From positions 256,001 to 320,000 of the forward strand of contig CAVSLV010000001.1 in assembly GCA_963728915.1 (NCBI GenBank): a stretch of DNA of 64,000 bases. Reading direction: 5' to 3'. The stretch comes from an uncultured Gemmatimonadales bacterium (GTDB taxonomy: Bacteria > Gemmatimonadota > Gemmatimonadetes > Gemmatimonadales > GWC2-71-9). Positions within the stretch are counted from its first letter, which is position 1; each line of letters starts with the position of its first letter. The notes under the pieces are model-generated. The model made no database searches. It worked only from the letters and a program-made list of their open reading frames with translations, and was not told the DNA's origin. Positions 1 through 9,600 of this stretch are shown piece after piece. The translations under genes were made by a program, and so were the position numbers.

Positions 1-1
1 C

Positions 2-808
2 GGCCTCCGCGCGATCGGCCTCGAGGCGGGCGGCGTCGAGCGAGTTGCGGGCCCGGAGCAGGGCCAGCTCGCTCTGAAGCAGGTCGTTTTCACCGATCTT
101 GCCGACTTCGAACCGCCCCTTGTTCAGGGTGTAGAGGGTGTCGTTGGTCGCCGCGTTCGCCACCTGGTTCGCGAGATTGACCCGGGCCGCATGGAGATCG
201 AAGAAGAAGCCGGTCACCGAGATGGCGACGTCTTCGCGGGCCTCGAGGTATGCTCGCTCCGCGGCCTCGAGACGGAGGGGCTGCTCCCGACGGTCCCACC
301 CCAGCGAATTGGGTCGGAGGAGGTCCTGCCGGAACGAAATACTGAATGGGGTGCTGGTCCAGGATTCGAATGCCGATTCTCCGGACCGGGAAAGCCGCGA
401 GAGGGACGAGACGAAGGACAGGTCGCCCCCAATGAGTGGCACCCTCTGGGTCACCGTGGCATCCACCCGCGCGCTGGTTTCGTCCTGAGGCTGGAAAAGC
501 GTGGTGCCGTCGGGCTGGAGCACCGGGATGATCGCCCGGTTGTAGGACGGGGCGGTGGCGGTCAGGCCGAATTGGGGGAGCTGCTGGGCATAGAAGACCC
601 GGTTCCGCTGGCGCGCGGCTTCCCACGTCGCGAGCGCTCCGCGGGCCTGGAGCCCCTTTCCCTCGGCCATCGCGACCGCCCGCTCGAGCGATATCTCCAC
701 GGTATCGAGGGCGCTCCACGGCGCAGCGGGAGCCGGGGTCTCCTGGGCCAGGGCGGGGGGCGCCGTCCCCACGGCCAGCAGGCCGAGGATCATGATTCGT
801 CTATTCAT
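2..808 (-). CDS. TolC-family outer membrane efflux protein, truncated at window edge
   Basis: Manually translated: ATG at 808 overlaps the permease stop. MNRRIMILGLLAVGTAPPALAQ signal peptide, ISLERAVAMA, and GRFEVGKIGENDLLQSELALLRARNSL (OEP repeat). Third gene of an adaptor-permease operon. Confidence 0.85.
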   Translation of the reverse strand, partial: MNRRIMILGLLAVGTAPPALAQETPAPAAPWSALDTVEISLERAVAMAEGKGLQARGALATWEAARQRNRVFYAQQLPQFGLTATAPSYNRAIIPVLQPDGTTLFQPQDETSARVDATVTQRVPLIGGDLSFVSSLSRLSRSGESAFESWTSTPFSISFRQDLLRPNSLGWDRREQPLRLEAAERAYLEAREDVAISVTGFFFDLHAARVNLANQVANAATNDTLYTLNKGRFEVGKIGENDLLQSELALLRARNSLDAARLEADRAEA

Positions 809-2192
809 AGCGCAAGCACTCCACCGGATCCTGGCGCGCCGCCCGGTAGGCGGGGACGATCCCGAAGCCCAAGCCGACCGAGAACGACACGCCGAACGCA
901 GTCAGGACGGACAGCACTGAGACGATGGTGCGGATCTTCGCGACCTGCTCGATGCCGGAGCTCAGCCCCACGCCGAGCAGGATCCCCGCGATACCGCCGG
1001 CCAGGCTGATCAGCACCGCCTCGGCGAGAAACTGGAACAGGATGTCCTTCTCGGTAGCCCCGAGCGCGCGGCGGACGCCGATTTCCCGAATCCGCTCCAG
1101 CACCGAGGCGAGCATGATGTTCATGATGCCGATGCCGCCGACGATGAGCGAGATGCTCGCGATCGCGCCCAGCACGACGTTGAAAATCGTCTTGGCGCGC
1201 TGTTCCTGGCGGAGCAGCAGCTCCGGAATGGTGATCTCGAAATCCACCATGCTGTTGTGGCGCCGGGCCATGAGGCGCTGCGTCACCTCCGCGACCGAGG
1301 GCACCACGCTGGATTCCTTGACCCGGATGATGATCCGGTCGAGCTGGTTCCGATTGGTGCGCTCGGCCCGCTGCTCCTCGGATTCGGTCGAGTCCGCGCT
1401 CACGAAGGTTCCTTCGCGAGAGGCTTGTTCCACGTCGCGCTGGGTGATCTGGGCGCGGTCCCGGTAGCGCCGCAGCATGGTGTGCACCGGGATATACACG
1501 TCCATGTTGGCATCCCGGATGCCCAGCCGCTGGGAGGACTGCTGGCTCACCCGGCGGTCCGCCAGGACGCCGACCACGGTCAGCCAGGCGTCGCCCACCT
1601 TGATCCGCCCGCCGATCGGGCTTTCGGTAGTGAAAAACCGGGTGCGCACTCCGTTGCCGATGATCGCCACCGGGTGCCCGCTGGCCACCTGGGTCGGAGA
1701 GAACCAGGTCCCGCTGGTCAGCTCGAGATTGGTGAGACGAAAGTAGGAGGTATCGACCCCGACCAGTTTTCCCGAGCGCCGGTGGCCTTCCCGGGTAACC
1801 GTGGTGTTGAGCACGATCTCCGCGCTGGTCGCCTCGACCGAAGGAATCGCGAGAATGGCGAGGGCGTCGGCGTAGGTCAGCCCGGGCGAGAACTTCTTCA
1901 CCTCCCGCGCGTCCTGCTCCTGCGCGGGGCCCTCCTTCTGCTCGACCAGGGGCGTGATCATGATGTTGTTCGAGCCCAGAAGCCGCATCTGGGCCAGGAT
2001 CTCCGATTCGGCGCCCTTGCCGATCGCGAGCATCGCGATGACCGAGGCCACTCCGAACAGGATGCCGAGCGAGGTCAGCCCGGCGCGGAGCTTGTTATGC
2101 TCGACCGCCTCGACCGCATTGCGGAGGCTGAACAGCACATGCGCGACGATCCGAGCCCGCAGGGTCGCGAGCGACGCGCGATCGAGTTGCAC
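801..2192 (-). CDS. MacB/FtsX-like ABC transporter permease (no fused ATPase)
   Basis: RAGLTSLGILFGVASVIAMLAIGKG, large periplasmic domain, SLIVGGIGIMNIMLASVLERIREIGVRRALGA, C-terminal PAYRAARQDPVECLRYE. Confidence 0.93.
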   Translation of the reverse strand: MQLDRASLATLRARIVAHVLFSLRNAVEAVEHNKLRAGLTSLGILFGVASVIAMLAIGKGAESEILAQMRLLGSNNIMITPLVEQKEGPAQEQDAREVKKFSPGLTYADALAILAIPSVEATSAEIVLNTTVTREGHRRSGKLVGVDTSYFRLTNLELTSGTWFSPTQVASGHPVAIIGNGVRTRFFTTESPIGGRIKVGDAWLTVVGVLADRRVSQQSSQRLGIRDANMDVYIPVHTMLRRYRDRAQITQRDVEQASREGTFVSADSTESEEQRAERTNRNQLDRIIIRVKESSVVPSVAEVTQRLMARRHNSMVDFEITIPELLLRQEQRAKTIFNVVLGAIASISLIVGGIGIMNIMLASVLERIREIGVRRALGATEKDILFQFLAEAVLISLAGGIAGILLGVGLSSGIEQVAKIRTIVSVLSVLTAFGVSFSVGLGFGIVPAYRAARQDPVECLRYE

Positions 2193-3548
2193 TCAGGGCT
2201 TCCGGGCCGGCGCGGCCGACGGGGTGGTGGGCTGCGCGATCGGGCGCGGCCCCAGCGCGGTATCACCCGCGGGAGACGGAGGACGCTGCCCGTCGGGGAG
2301 CCGGACCAGGGGAAGCTGGGCCCGGTTGGCGGGAGGAGTGAGCAGGACCCGGTCCGACTCGGTGATCCCGTGCTCGATCACGACGGCCTCGTCATTCATC
2401 GCCCCGGGCATCACTTCCTGTTTCACGGTGCTCCCGCCGTTGACCTTGAAGACCACCGGGACGCCTTCCTCGCTGGTGACCGCCTCGAGCGGGACCGACA
2501 GGACGTTCGGAAGCTTCAGGGTTTCAATGACGTTGCCGGTCGTCATCCCGGGTCGCAGCGTCGTGTCCGACTGTTCCACCGCGATCTTCACTTCGAACAC
2601 CTTGGCGTCCTGATTGGGGCGCTGCTCGCCGACGTTGGCCACGCTGGTCACCTTGCCGGTGAGCTTCTTGGCCGGATCGGCATCGAGGGTCAGCACCACC
2701 GGCTGTCCCACCGCGACCTTGCGCACGTCGATCTCGTTCACGTAGGTGATCGATTCCATCTGGGTGAGATCGGGCAGGGTGGCGACTCCGGGATCCCAGG
2801 CGCTCACCTGCGATCCCGCGGTGCGCTTCTTCCCGCTCCATTCCCGGACGTAGATCACCATGCCCGGCGTCGGGGCGCGAATGGTGAAGTTCGCGAGCAC
2901 GTCCTGCACCACGGCGAGCAGATTGGTTTGCCGCTGCTTGTCCGCGCCCACTTCCCGCATCTTGGCCTGGGCCTGCTCCACCCGGGTCTTGTAATCGGCC
3001 CGCCCCTGGATCAGGGCGCGGTCGGCTTTCTCGAGATCGATTTCCGCCTGGCGGCGGATGGTCGGGGCTTCGTAGACCGACTGTTCCTTGGCGAGCTTCT
3101 TCTCCTCGACCCCGAGCTCCATCGTGCGAATGTCCTCGCGCGCCTTGCTCAGGTTGAGCGCCGAATCCAGCATCGCCTGCTCGAAGACCGCGTCGGCTTT
3201 CTGGAGGGCGACGGTGACATCCTGGAGCCGGTTCCCCAGGGTTGAGCGATCCAGCTCGGCGACCACATCGCCGGCCTTCACCACGGTTCCCTCAGGCACC
3301 AGCGTCGAGATCTTCATCTGGAACGCGCCCGCCTGCTGGGCATTCTGGGGGACGGTGATCTGAACGAACTTGATCGCCCGAAGCTCTCCCGAGACGGTGA
3401 CCGTGACCGCGAAATCCCCCTTCCGGACCGGGGCCATCAGGCGTGACTCGGACTCCCGGGGGGAACGGGCCAGGAGCCAGGCGGCGGGAAGGCCGATGAC
3501 CAGCACGGCCGCGACGATCAGGAAACGGCGGGTGCGGAGAAACCGCAT
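2193..3548 (-). CDS. Efflux periplasmic adaptor (membrane fusion protein, MacA/HlyD-like)
   Basis: N-terminal TM, LVPEGTVVKAGDVVAELD lipoyl half-motif, coiled coil, TIRAPTPGMV, LRPGMT; upstream GGAG RBS. Confidence 0.92.
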   Translation of the reverse strand: MRFLRTRRFLIVAAVLVIGLPAAWLLARSPRESESRLMAPVRKGDFAVTVTVSGELRAIKFVQITVPQNAQQAGAFQMKISTLVPEGTVVKAGDVVAELDRSTLGNRLQDVTVALQKADAVFEQAMLDSALNLSKAREDIRTMELGVEEKKLAKEQSVYEAPTIRRQAEIDLEKADRALIQGRADYKTRVEQAQAKMREVGADKQRQTNLLAVVQDVLANFTIRAPTPGMVIYVREWSGKKRTAGSQVSAWDPGVATLPDLTQMESITYVNEIDVRKVAVGQPVVLTLDADPAKKLTGKVTSVANVGEQRPNQDAKVFEVKIAVEQSDTTLRPGMTTGNVIETLKLPNVLSVPLEAVTSEEGVPVVFKVNGGSTVKQEVMPGAMNDEAVVIEHGITESDRVLLTPPANRAQLPLVRLPDGQRPPSPAGDTALGPRPIAQPTTPSAAPARKP

Positions 3549-3634
3549 AGAGGCTCCTTGCCACGTCCGGATTTAGATGCGGCGCGACTGCATTTGGTTG
3601 CCAAGCTCGGAAAGGAGCGTGGGGCCCGCAATAG

Positions 3635-3666
3635 GCTTCATCAAAATGTCATCCTCCTGATATCTT
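3635..3666 (+). promoter_or_regulatory. Putative extended -10 promoter (TG-A-TATCTT) preceded by an 11-bp-period direct repeat (GCTTCAT-CAAA-ATGTCAT)
   Basis: Lies in the AT-rich intergenic gap between the divergent efflux operon and S9 peptidase; repeat resembles OmpR/PhoB-family boxes. Confidence 0.35.
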
Positions 3667-3703
3667 TCGCCAGTTTTTCCCTCTCCGGCCCGGTCAAATC
3701 CTC

Positions 3704-6658
3704 ATGAAACGAGCTCGTATCCTCTCCCCGGTTGTCCTGCTGCTGGGTCTTGCATCGATTGCCGTGGCCCAGACGCCCAAGCGCCCCCTCACTCAAGCCG
3801 ACTGGGATGGCTGGCGTTCCATCAGCGGGATGGTGCTGTCGGCCGACGGCAAATGGGCGGCCTACACGCTCACCCCTCAGGTCGGAGACGGCGAGCTGGT
3901 CGTTCGGGCGACTGACGGTTCCACGGAATACCGGGTGCCCCGGGGGTATCTGGGAAGGCCCAACAATGTCCCGGGCGGACTGCGACCACCCAGGGGCCCC
4001 GGGCAGGAAACCCCTGGGACGGGTCCCGGCGCATCACCGCCTCAGTTCAGCGCGGACATGCGGTTTGTGCTGGTGATGGTTCAGCCTTCCCGCGCGGAAG
4101 TCGAGCGACTCGAGACCCAGCGAGGGCGGAATCGCGGCGTCCCGAGACAGCGGAATTCGCTCGCCATTCTCGATCTGACCGACGGTAAGGTGACGGTCAT
4201 TCCGGAGGTCAGGTCCTTCCGGCTGCCTCGGGAGAACGGCGGCTGGGTCGCCTATCTCGCCGAGCCGGATTCGGGCAGCTCGACGTCACCGAGACGAACC
4301 TTCGGATCTCCGTTGATGCTCCGCAACCTGGCGTCCGGAATCGCCGAGCGGTTCAACGACGTGCGCGACTACGCCATGGACGACAGCGCCCGGGTCCTCG
4401 CCTATACGGTCGTTTCGAGGGACTCGACCCGGGATGGCGCCTTCTTCCGGAGCTTGCGGAACGGAAGCACCGTCACGCTCGCCTCCGGCCGGGGGGACTA
4501 CCAGGGAATCATTCTCGATCGTTCCGCGACCCAGGCGGCCTTCCTCTCCAATCGGGCGGAGTTCGGGAGCGCCGTGCCGCGGTTCACCCTTTTTCATGCG
4601 ATGGTAAAAGGCGCAGCCGAGGCCCCCGGCAGGAAATCGAAGCCGATGGAAGCGACGGTCACCAGCGCGGTCGAGCCCAGGGCACTGCCGTCGGGATTTC
4701 GGGTGAGCGACCGCTCCTCCCTGTCGTTCACCAAAGCCGGGAACGCCATTTTGTTGGGCGTGGCGCCGGAGCTGCCCGACTCGGTGCCCGCGGATTCCCT
4801 GGTCGGCAAGGCGGTCTTCGACCTCTGGCATTGGAAGGACCCCCGGCTCCAGCCGTCTCAGCGATTGTCGGCCGCGCGGGACCGCAATCGCGCCTTCCAG
4901 GCCATCTGGTTTACCGGCAACCGGAAGCTGGTGCAGCTGGCCAATGATTCGATACCGGAGGTGGATGTCTCCGACGACGGGAAGACCGGATTCGCGGCCA
5001 GCGTTGAGCGGTATCGCATCGAGACGATGTGGGGAGATGGCGGCACCGATGTCTATGGCCTCGATCCCACGAGCGGCGCGATGAAGATGATCCGGGAGAA
5101 AATCAGCGGACCGGCGCGGCTTTCTCCCGACGGCAAGTACGTCGCCTTCTTCGACAAGGGACACTGGTACTCGTACAACCTTTCGAGCGGGAAAACCGTG
5201 GACCTGACTGGCGGCCTGACCGGCGTCCGGTTCGACCAGGAGACCTGGGACACCCCCTCGATTCCCGACGCCTGGGGAATTGCCGGGTGGACCAAGGGTG
5301 ACAAGTCGCTCCTGCTCTACGATCGCTGGGATATCTGGGAGCTCGATCCCCAGGGGTCCCGCGCGCCGATCATGGTGACCGATTCGCTCGGCCGGAAGGA
5401 AGGGCTGGTGTTCCGCATTGTGCCGGTCCAGGCCGACCGCGCGGTCGGAGGTGGGGGCAGGCGATCCGGCGCGGCGGGCCGGGAAGATGAGCCGGTCGAT
5501 CCCTCCGAGCCGCTCCTTCTCCGCGCGGTGAACGAGGACACCAGGGCGTCCGGATTCTACCGGGACCGGCTCGGGGTCCGGCAGGACCCGCAACGAATCG
5601 TCATGGCTGACGCGGCCTTCGGCGATCCCATCAAGGCCGGGAAGGCCGACCAGTGGCTGCTTACCCGGGGAACGTTCGTGGAGTTTCCCAACCTGTGGAC
5701 CGGACCGTCGCTCGATGCTCTGACCCGGATCTCCGACGCCAACCCGCAGCAGAAGGACGTCAATTGGGGCACCGTGGAGCTGGTCCGCTGGACCAGCGCC
5801 GACGGGATCCCGCTCAAGGGGCTGCTGTTCAAGCCGGAGGATTTCGATTCGACCCGGAAGTATCCCCTGATCGCCTACTTCTACGAGCAGCTTTCCCAGA
5901 ACCTCAACAACTACGCGCCGCCGAACGGCCGGAACGTGATCAACCCGACCCACTATGCCTCCAACGGCTACCTGGTCTTCGAGCCGGACATCGCCTACCA
6001 GACCGGGTACCCTGGTCCGAGCGCGCTCAAGTCGGTCGTGCCGGGGGTGCAGTCGCTGATCGCGCGCGGGTTCGTGGATCCCAGGCGTCTCGGGATTCAG
6101 GGCCAGTCGTGGGGCGGCTATCAAACGTCCTACATCATCACCCAGACCGGCATGTTCGCCGCGGCGATGGCGGGCGCGCCGGTGGTGAACATGACCAGCG
6201 CGTATGGCGGAATCCGCTGGGAATCCGGCGTCGCCCGGCCGTTCCAGTACGAGATCGGGCAGAGCCGGATCGGCGGCTCGCTCTGGGAAGCCCCGATGCG
6301 CTACTTCGAGAACTCGCCGCTCTTCTGGCTCGACCGCATCACGACGCCGCTGTTCATCATGAGCAACGACGCTGACGGCGCGGTGCCCTGGTACCAGGGT
6401 ATCGAATTCTTCGTCGGGATGCGGCGGCTCGGGAAAGAGGTCTATCTGATCGATTACAACAACGACATTCATAACCCGGCGAGCCGGGCCAATCAGAAGG
6501 ACATCGCGATGCGGATGCAGCAGTTCTTCGATACCAAGCTCAAGGGCGCTCCGGCACCGGACTGGATGGTGCGGGGGATTCCGTATCTGGCCAAGGGCCG
6601 CGACCAGCTCCAGCCGCCGAAGCCGGCCAGTGCGGGGAGCGGGGGAGAGAAGCCCTAG
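3704..6658 (+). CDS. Secreted S9-family (prolyl oligopeptidase/acylaminoacyl peptidase-like) peptidase
   Basis: Signal peptide, beta-propeller region, nucleophile GQSWGG, Asp in NDADGAVP, His in DIHNP. Confidence 0.92.
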   Translation: MKRARILSPVVLLLGLASIAVAQTPKRPLTQADWDGWRSISGMVLSADGKWAAYTLTPQVGDGELVVRATDGSTEYRVPRGYLGRPNNVPGGLRPPRGPGQETPGTGPGASPPQFSADMRFVLVMVQPSRAEVERLETQRGRNRGVPRQRNSLAILDLTDGKVTVIPEVRSFRLPRENGGWVAYLAEPDSGSSTSPRRTFGSPLMLRNLASGIAERFNDVRDYAMDDSARVLAYTVVSRDSTRDGAFFRSLRNGSTVTLASGRGDYQGIILDRSATQAAFLSNRAEFGSAVPRFTLFHAMVKGAAEAPGRKSKPMEATVTSAVEPRALPSGFRVSDRSSLSFTKAGNAILLGVAPELPDSVPADSLVGKAVFDLWHWKDPRLQPSQRLSAARDRNRAFQAIWFTGNRKLVQLANDSIPEVDVSDDGKTGFAASVERYRIETMWGDGGTDVYGLDPTSGAMKMIREKISGPARLSPDGKYVAFFDKGHWYSYNLSSGKTVDLTGGLTGVRFDQETWDTPSIPDAWGIAGWTKGDKSLLLYDRWDIWELDPQGSRAPIMVTDSLGRKEGLVFRIVPVQADRAVGGGGRRSGAAGREDEPVDPSEPLLLRAVNEDTRASGFYRDRLGVRQDPQRIVMADAAFGDPIKAGKADQWLLTRGTFVEFPNLWTGPSLDALTRISDANPQQKDVNWGTVELVRWTSADGIPLKGLLFKPEDFDSTRKYPLIAYFYEQLSQNLNNYAPPNGRNVINPTHYASNGYLVFEPDIAYQTGYPGPSALKSVVPGVQSLIARGFVDPRRLGIQGQSWGGYQTSYIITQTGMFAAAMAGAPVVNMTSAYGGIRWESGVARPFQYEIGQSRIGGSLWEAPMRYFENSPLFWLDRITTPLFIMSNDADGAVPWYQGIEFFVGMRRLGKEVYLIDYNNDIHNPASRANQKDIAMRMQQFFDTKLKGAPAPDWMVRGIPYLAKGRDQLQPPKPASAGSGGEKP

Positions 6659-6670
6659 CCCCAGCCCCAG

Positions 6671-9600
6671 CTACGGCTTTTCCGGCTGCGTCCTGACCAG
6701 CACGTCCGCACCCGAAACCCGGCCGGTCTCGGCAAGCAAGGTGAGGTGATTGGAAAGGACGTATCGTAACCGCAGCGTATTGATCGGGTCGAACACGCCG
6801 ATCGCGTAACTGACGTAGAGATTCGGTGCCAGGTAGCGGCCGATCTGCAGCGCGGTTCCCTTGATGTCGTTCTGGGTGGAGATGGTCATCTCCTGGAACC
6901 CGATCTGGTGCCCTACCGCCGCGGCGAGCAGGTTCCCGCCCCGGAGTCCGAGCGAGGTGAGGGCTTTGTCGATCGTGTTGCCGCCCACCCCTCCGCCGGT
7001 CACCGGGCCGCCGGTGAGGAGATAGGAGAGGGTCTGGGTCTCGGACATCGTAGGTACTGAGAAGAGATTCACCTTAGGACTCTTCGCGGTCCCAGTGATC
7101 CGCAGGCCCGCGATGATCGTGTCGCTCCCCTGGCGGGCGGAGCGAGTCGCCGTGATCGAAAGTCCCGGATTGTCGATCGGGCCGCCGGTGTACCGCACTT
7201 CTCCGTTCCGGATGTTGAGATCCTGTCCGTAGGCCTGGTAGCGTCCGTCCTCGATGCGGAGCGTCCCCGCGGCGGTCGGGGGCCGGTTGGCGGCTTGCCG
7301 GAGCAACACGTTGCCCGCCAACTCGGCATCGAAGTTGAACGCCGAGAACGAGACGCTGTCGCCGAGGATCACCCGGACTTGCCCCAGGAACGGACGGCTG
7401 TGGGGCGGCGGCAAGGTGGAATCCACTACGATGACGTCGTCCGACGGCTTGATGGCAGTTGGAGGAGCTTCGGCGATCTCCAGACGAGCGAGAGGGATCT
7501 GCACCTCGCCGCGCACGTCGATCGAATCCATCGCCAGCCGCACGTCGAGGCGTGGCGTAAGGATCGCGTGGAACAGCGGCGTGTTCGCCGCTTCGAAGCG
7601 ATTGCCCCGAACCTCCAGGTGGCCCGGCTTGGCGGCGGTGGGAAGCATGGGCGTCGTCCCCGTGATCGTGAGGTCCCCCCCGCCGGACCGCAGGCTGGCC
7701 CGAACCGCGATCTCCCCGTTCCGCTCTCCCGATCCGTTGAACTGAATGTCCTCGAGCAGGATGCCCAGCCAGGGCAGCCGCAGCGCCGCATCGGTGAGCG
7801 AGAAGGTCCCGGTGACTCGGGAGTCGCTCAAGGTTCCGCTCAGGGCTGCTCCGGCTCTGGCACTCCCGGCGGCGCTGTCGATCTGCCGAGTCAGCGCGGC
7901 AAGAAACGCGAGGTCCTTGGCGCGACTCTCGAGCCGGCCCTGGATCGGTTGGGGAGCCAGCCGCTCACCCACCCGGGTGAGGCCGGGAAGCGCGAGATCG
8001 GCCTTGAGCGTGGCGAGCTCCATACCGGTCGAATCGTGCAGGGCGAGCTCGCTCGTGCCGCGAACCCCCGACGCTCCCGCAGTCAGGTCCACCAGGGTCC
8101 CATCGAGCCGGATCGTGCGGGGCACCTCACCGGTCGGTATGGTCAATGTGGCGTCCCCCGGGACCAGTCGCAGCGCTCCATCCATCCGGTTGTCGGCGAG
8201 CACGGCGAAGCGCAGATCGCCGTTCAGATTCCCGTGGACCAGGGTGCCGCTGGGGAAACGGCCCCCGAATCCTTCGAGTCCCAGGGTACCCTCGAGACTC
8301 GGCGCGCTGGTCCTCCCCCGCGCGGTGAGCGCCAGATCGAGCTTCCCCAGCATACTGTCCACCCGCAGCACGAAGGGCTGGAGCATGCGCAGATCGGGGA
8401 TGTGAGCATCCAGGTTGCCGGTCAGTGGTTGCGCGGCGAGTCGAGTCCCCAGACGACGATACTCCGGCAGCGAAAGAGTTCCGCTGACGGTGCCGATGCC
8501 GGTGCCCTGCTTGTCACTCATTCCCACGCCCAGATCGCTCCGCAGCCCCTGGTCACTGACTTGCACAACGACCGAGGCGCTGTCCACATTCAATCGTCGC
8601 GTCCCCTCGTAGTACCAGTAGTCGTATCCGAGCCCTTGTGTGGTGAGCCGGGCTTCGCCCTGCACCGCGCCGTCGGTCGCGACGACACTGTGGACAACCA
8701 GATCCGCCGAACCGCCGAGCGCTCTCCGGCCGGGGAGTCCGACCCCGAATTGCTGGAGAGCGAGCGTCGCCTCCAGGTTCGGCGCCCCAATGGTTCCCTT
8801 GACGGTGGCGTTGACCACGACCCGTCCGGCGAGGCTGTCGATTCCGAAGAGCAGCGGCTGCACGAAGCCCACGTCGGGCACCAGACCATCGATGGCGAGA
8901 TCGATCGTCTGGCGGCGAAGCCCCGAGCCGATCCGGTAGGGCGGCAGGGTCGCGCGGCCGGTCAGGGTAAGCAGATCCTTGCCGCGCTGGTCCCGGACCC
9001 GGATTCCGAGCGTGGCCTGGGTCGCCGATTGGTCCGAGGTCAGGTTGACCACCGCGGAATCGAGCGCAACGCGATGTTCCTGCTGGTCCTCGCCTTCATA
9101 GACCAGCAGCACCGTGTCCGCCCCGACCCGGAGATTCCCGCTGACCAGGCCGTTGACGGCGTGCGCTTCGAGGTTCGCGCCCAAAGTCCCCGCGAGACGG
9201 TTGCCCCGTTGCAGGTATCGGGAATGACCCGGGCCGAAGCGGCTGGCCGGAAAACCCTGCACCAGGGCCAGGGCGTTCCAGGTGCGTCTCCCTCGCCAGT
9301 CCGCCTGGGCACAGAGACGCTCACCGACCGTGTCGCCCGCGAGGCAGAGCTGGTCCACTCGACCGGCGGAGCGAGAAACGGTGAGGGTGGTGCGCTGCTC
9401 CAGCCGCCAGCCCCCCACCGTGGTCGTCCGCACCACGAGGGAGTCGAGCGTTCCGCGCCAGGTCCGCGTTCGTAACCCGCCGTTCATCGCCAGCCGGACG
9501 GTGTCGGCCTGGCCCCGGAGCAGCGCCGAGAACCGGTGAGCGAGGCGGGTTCCCCGGAGGTTCACGGTGAGCGAGTCGAAGTGGGTGCCGGCAAGGACGG

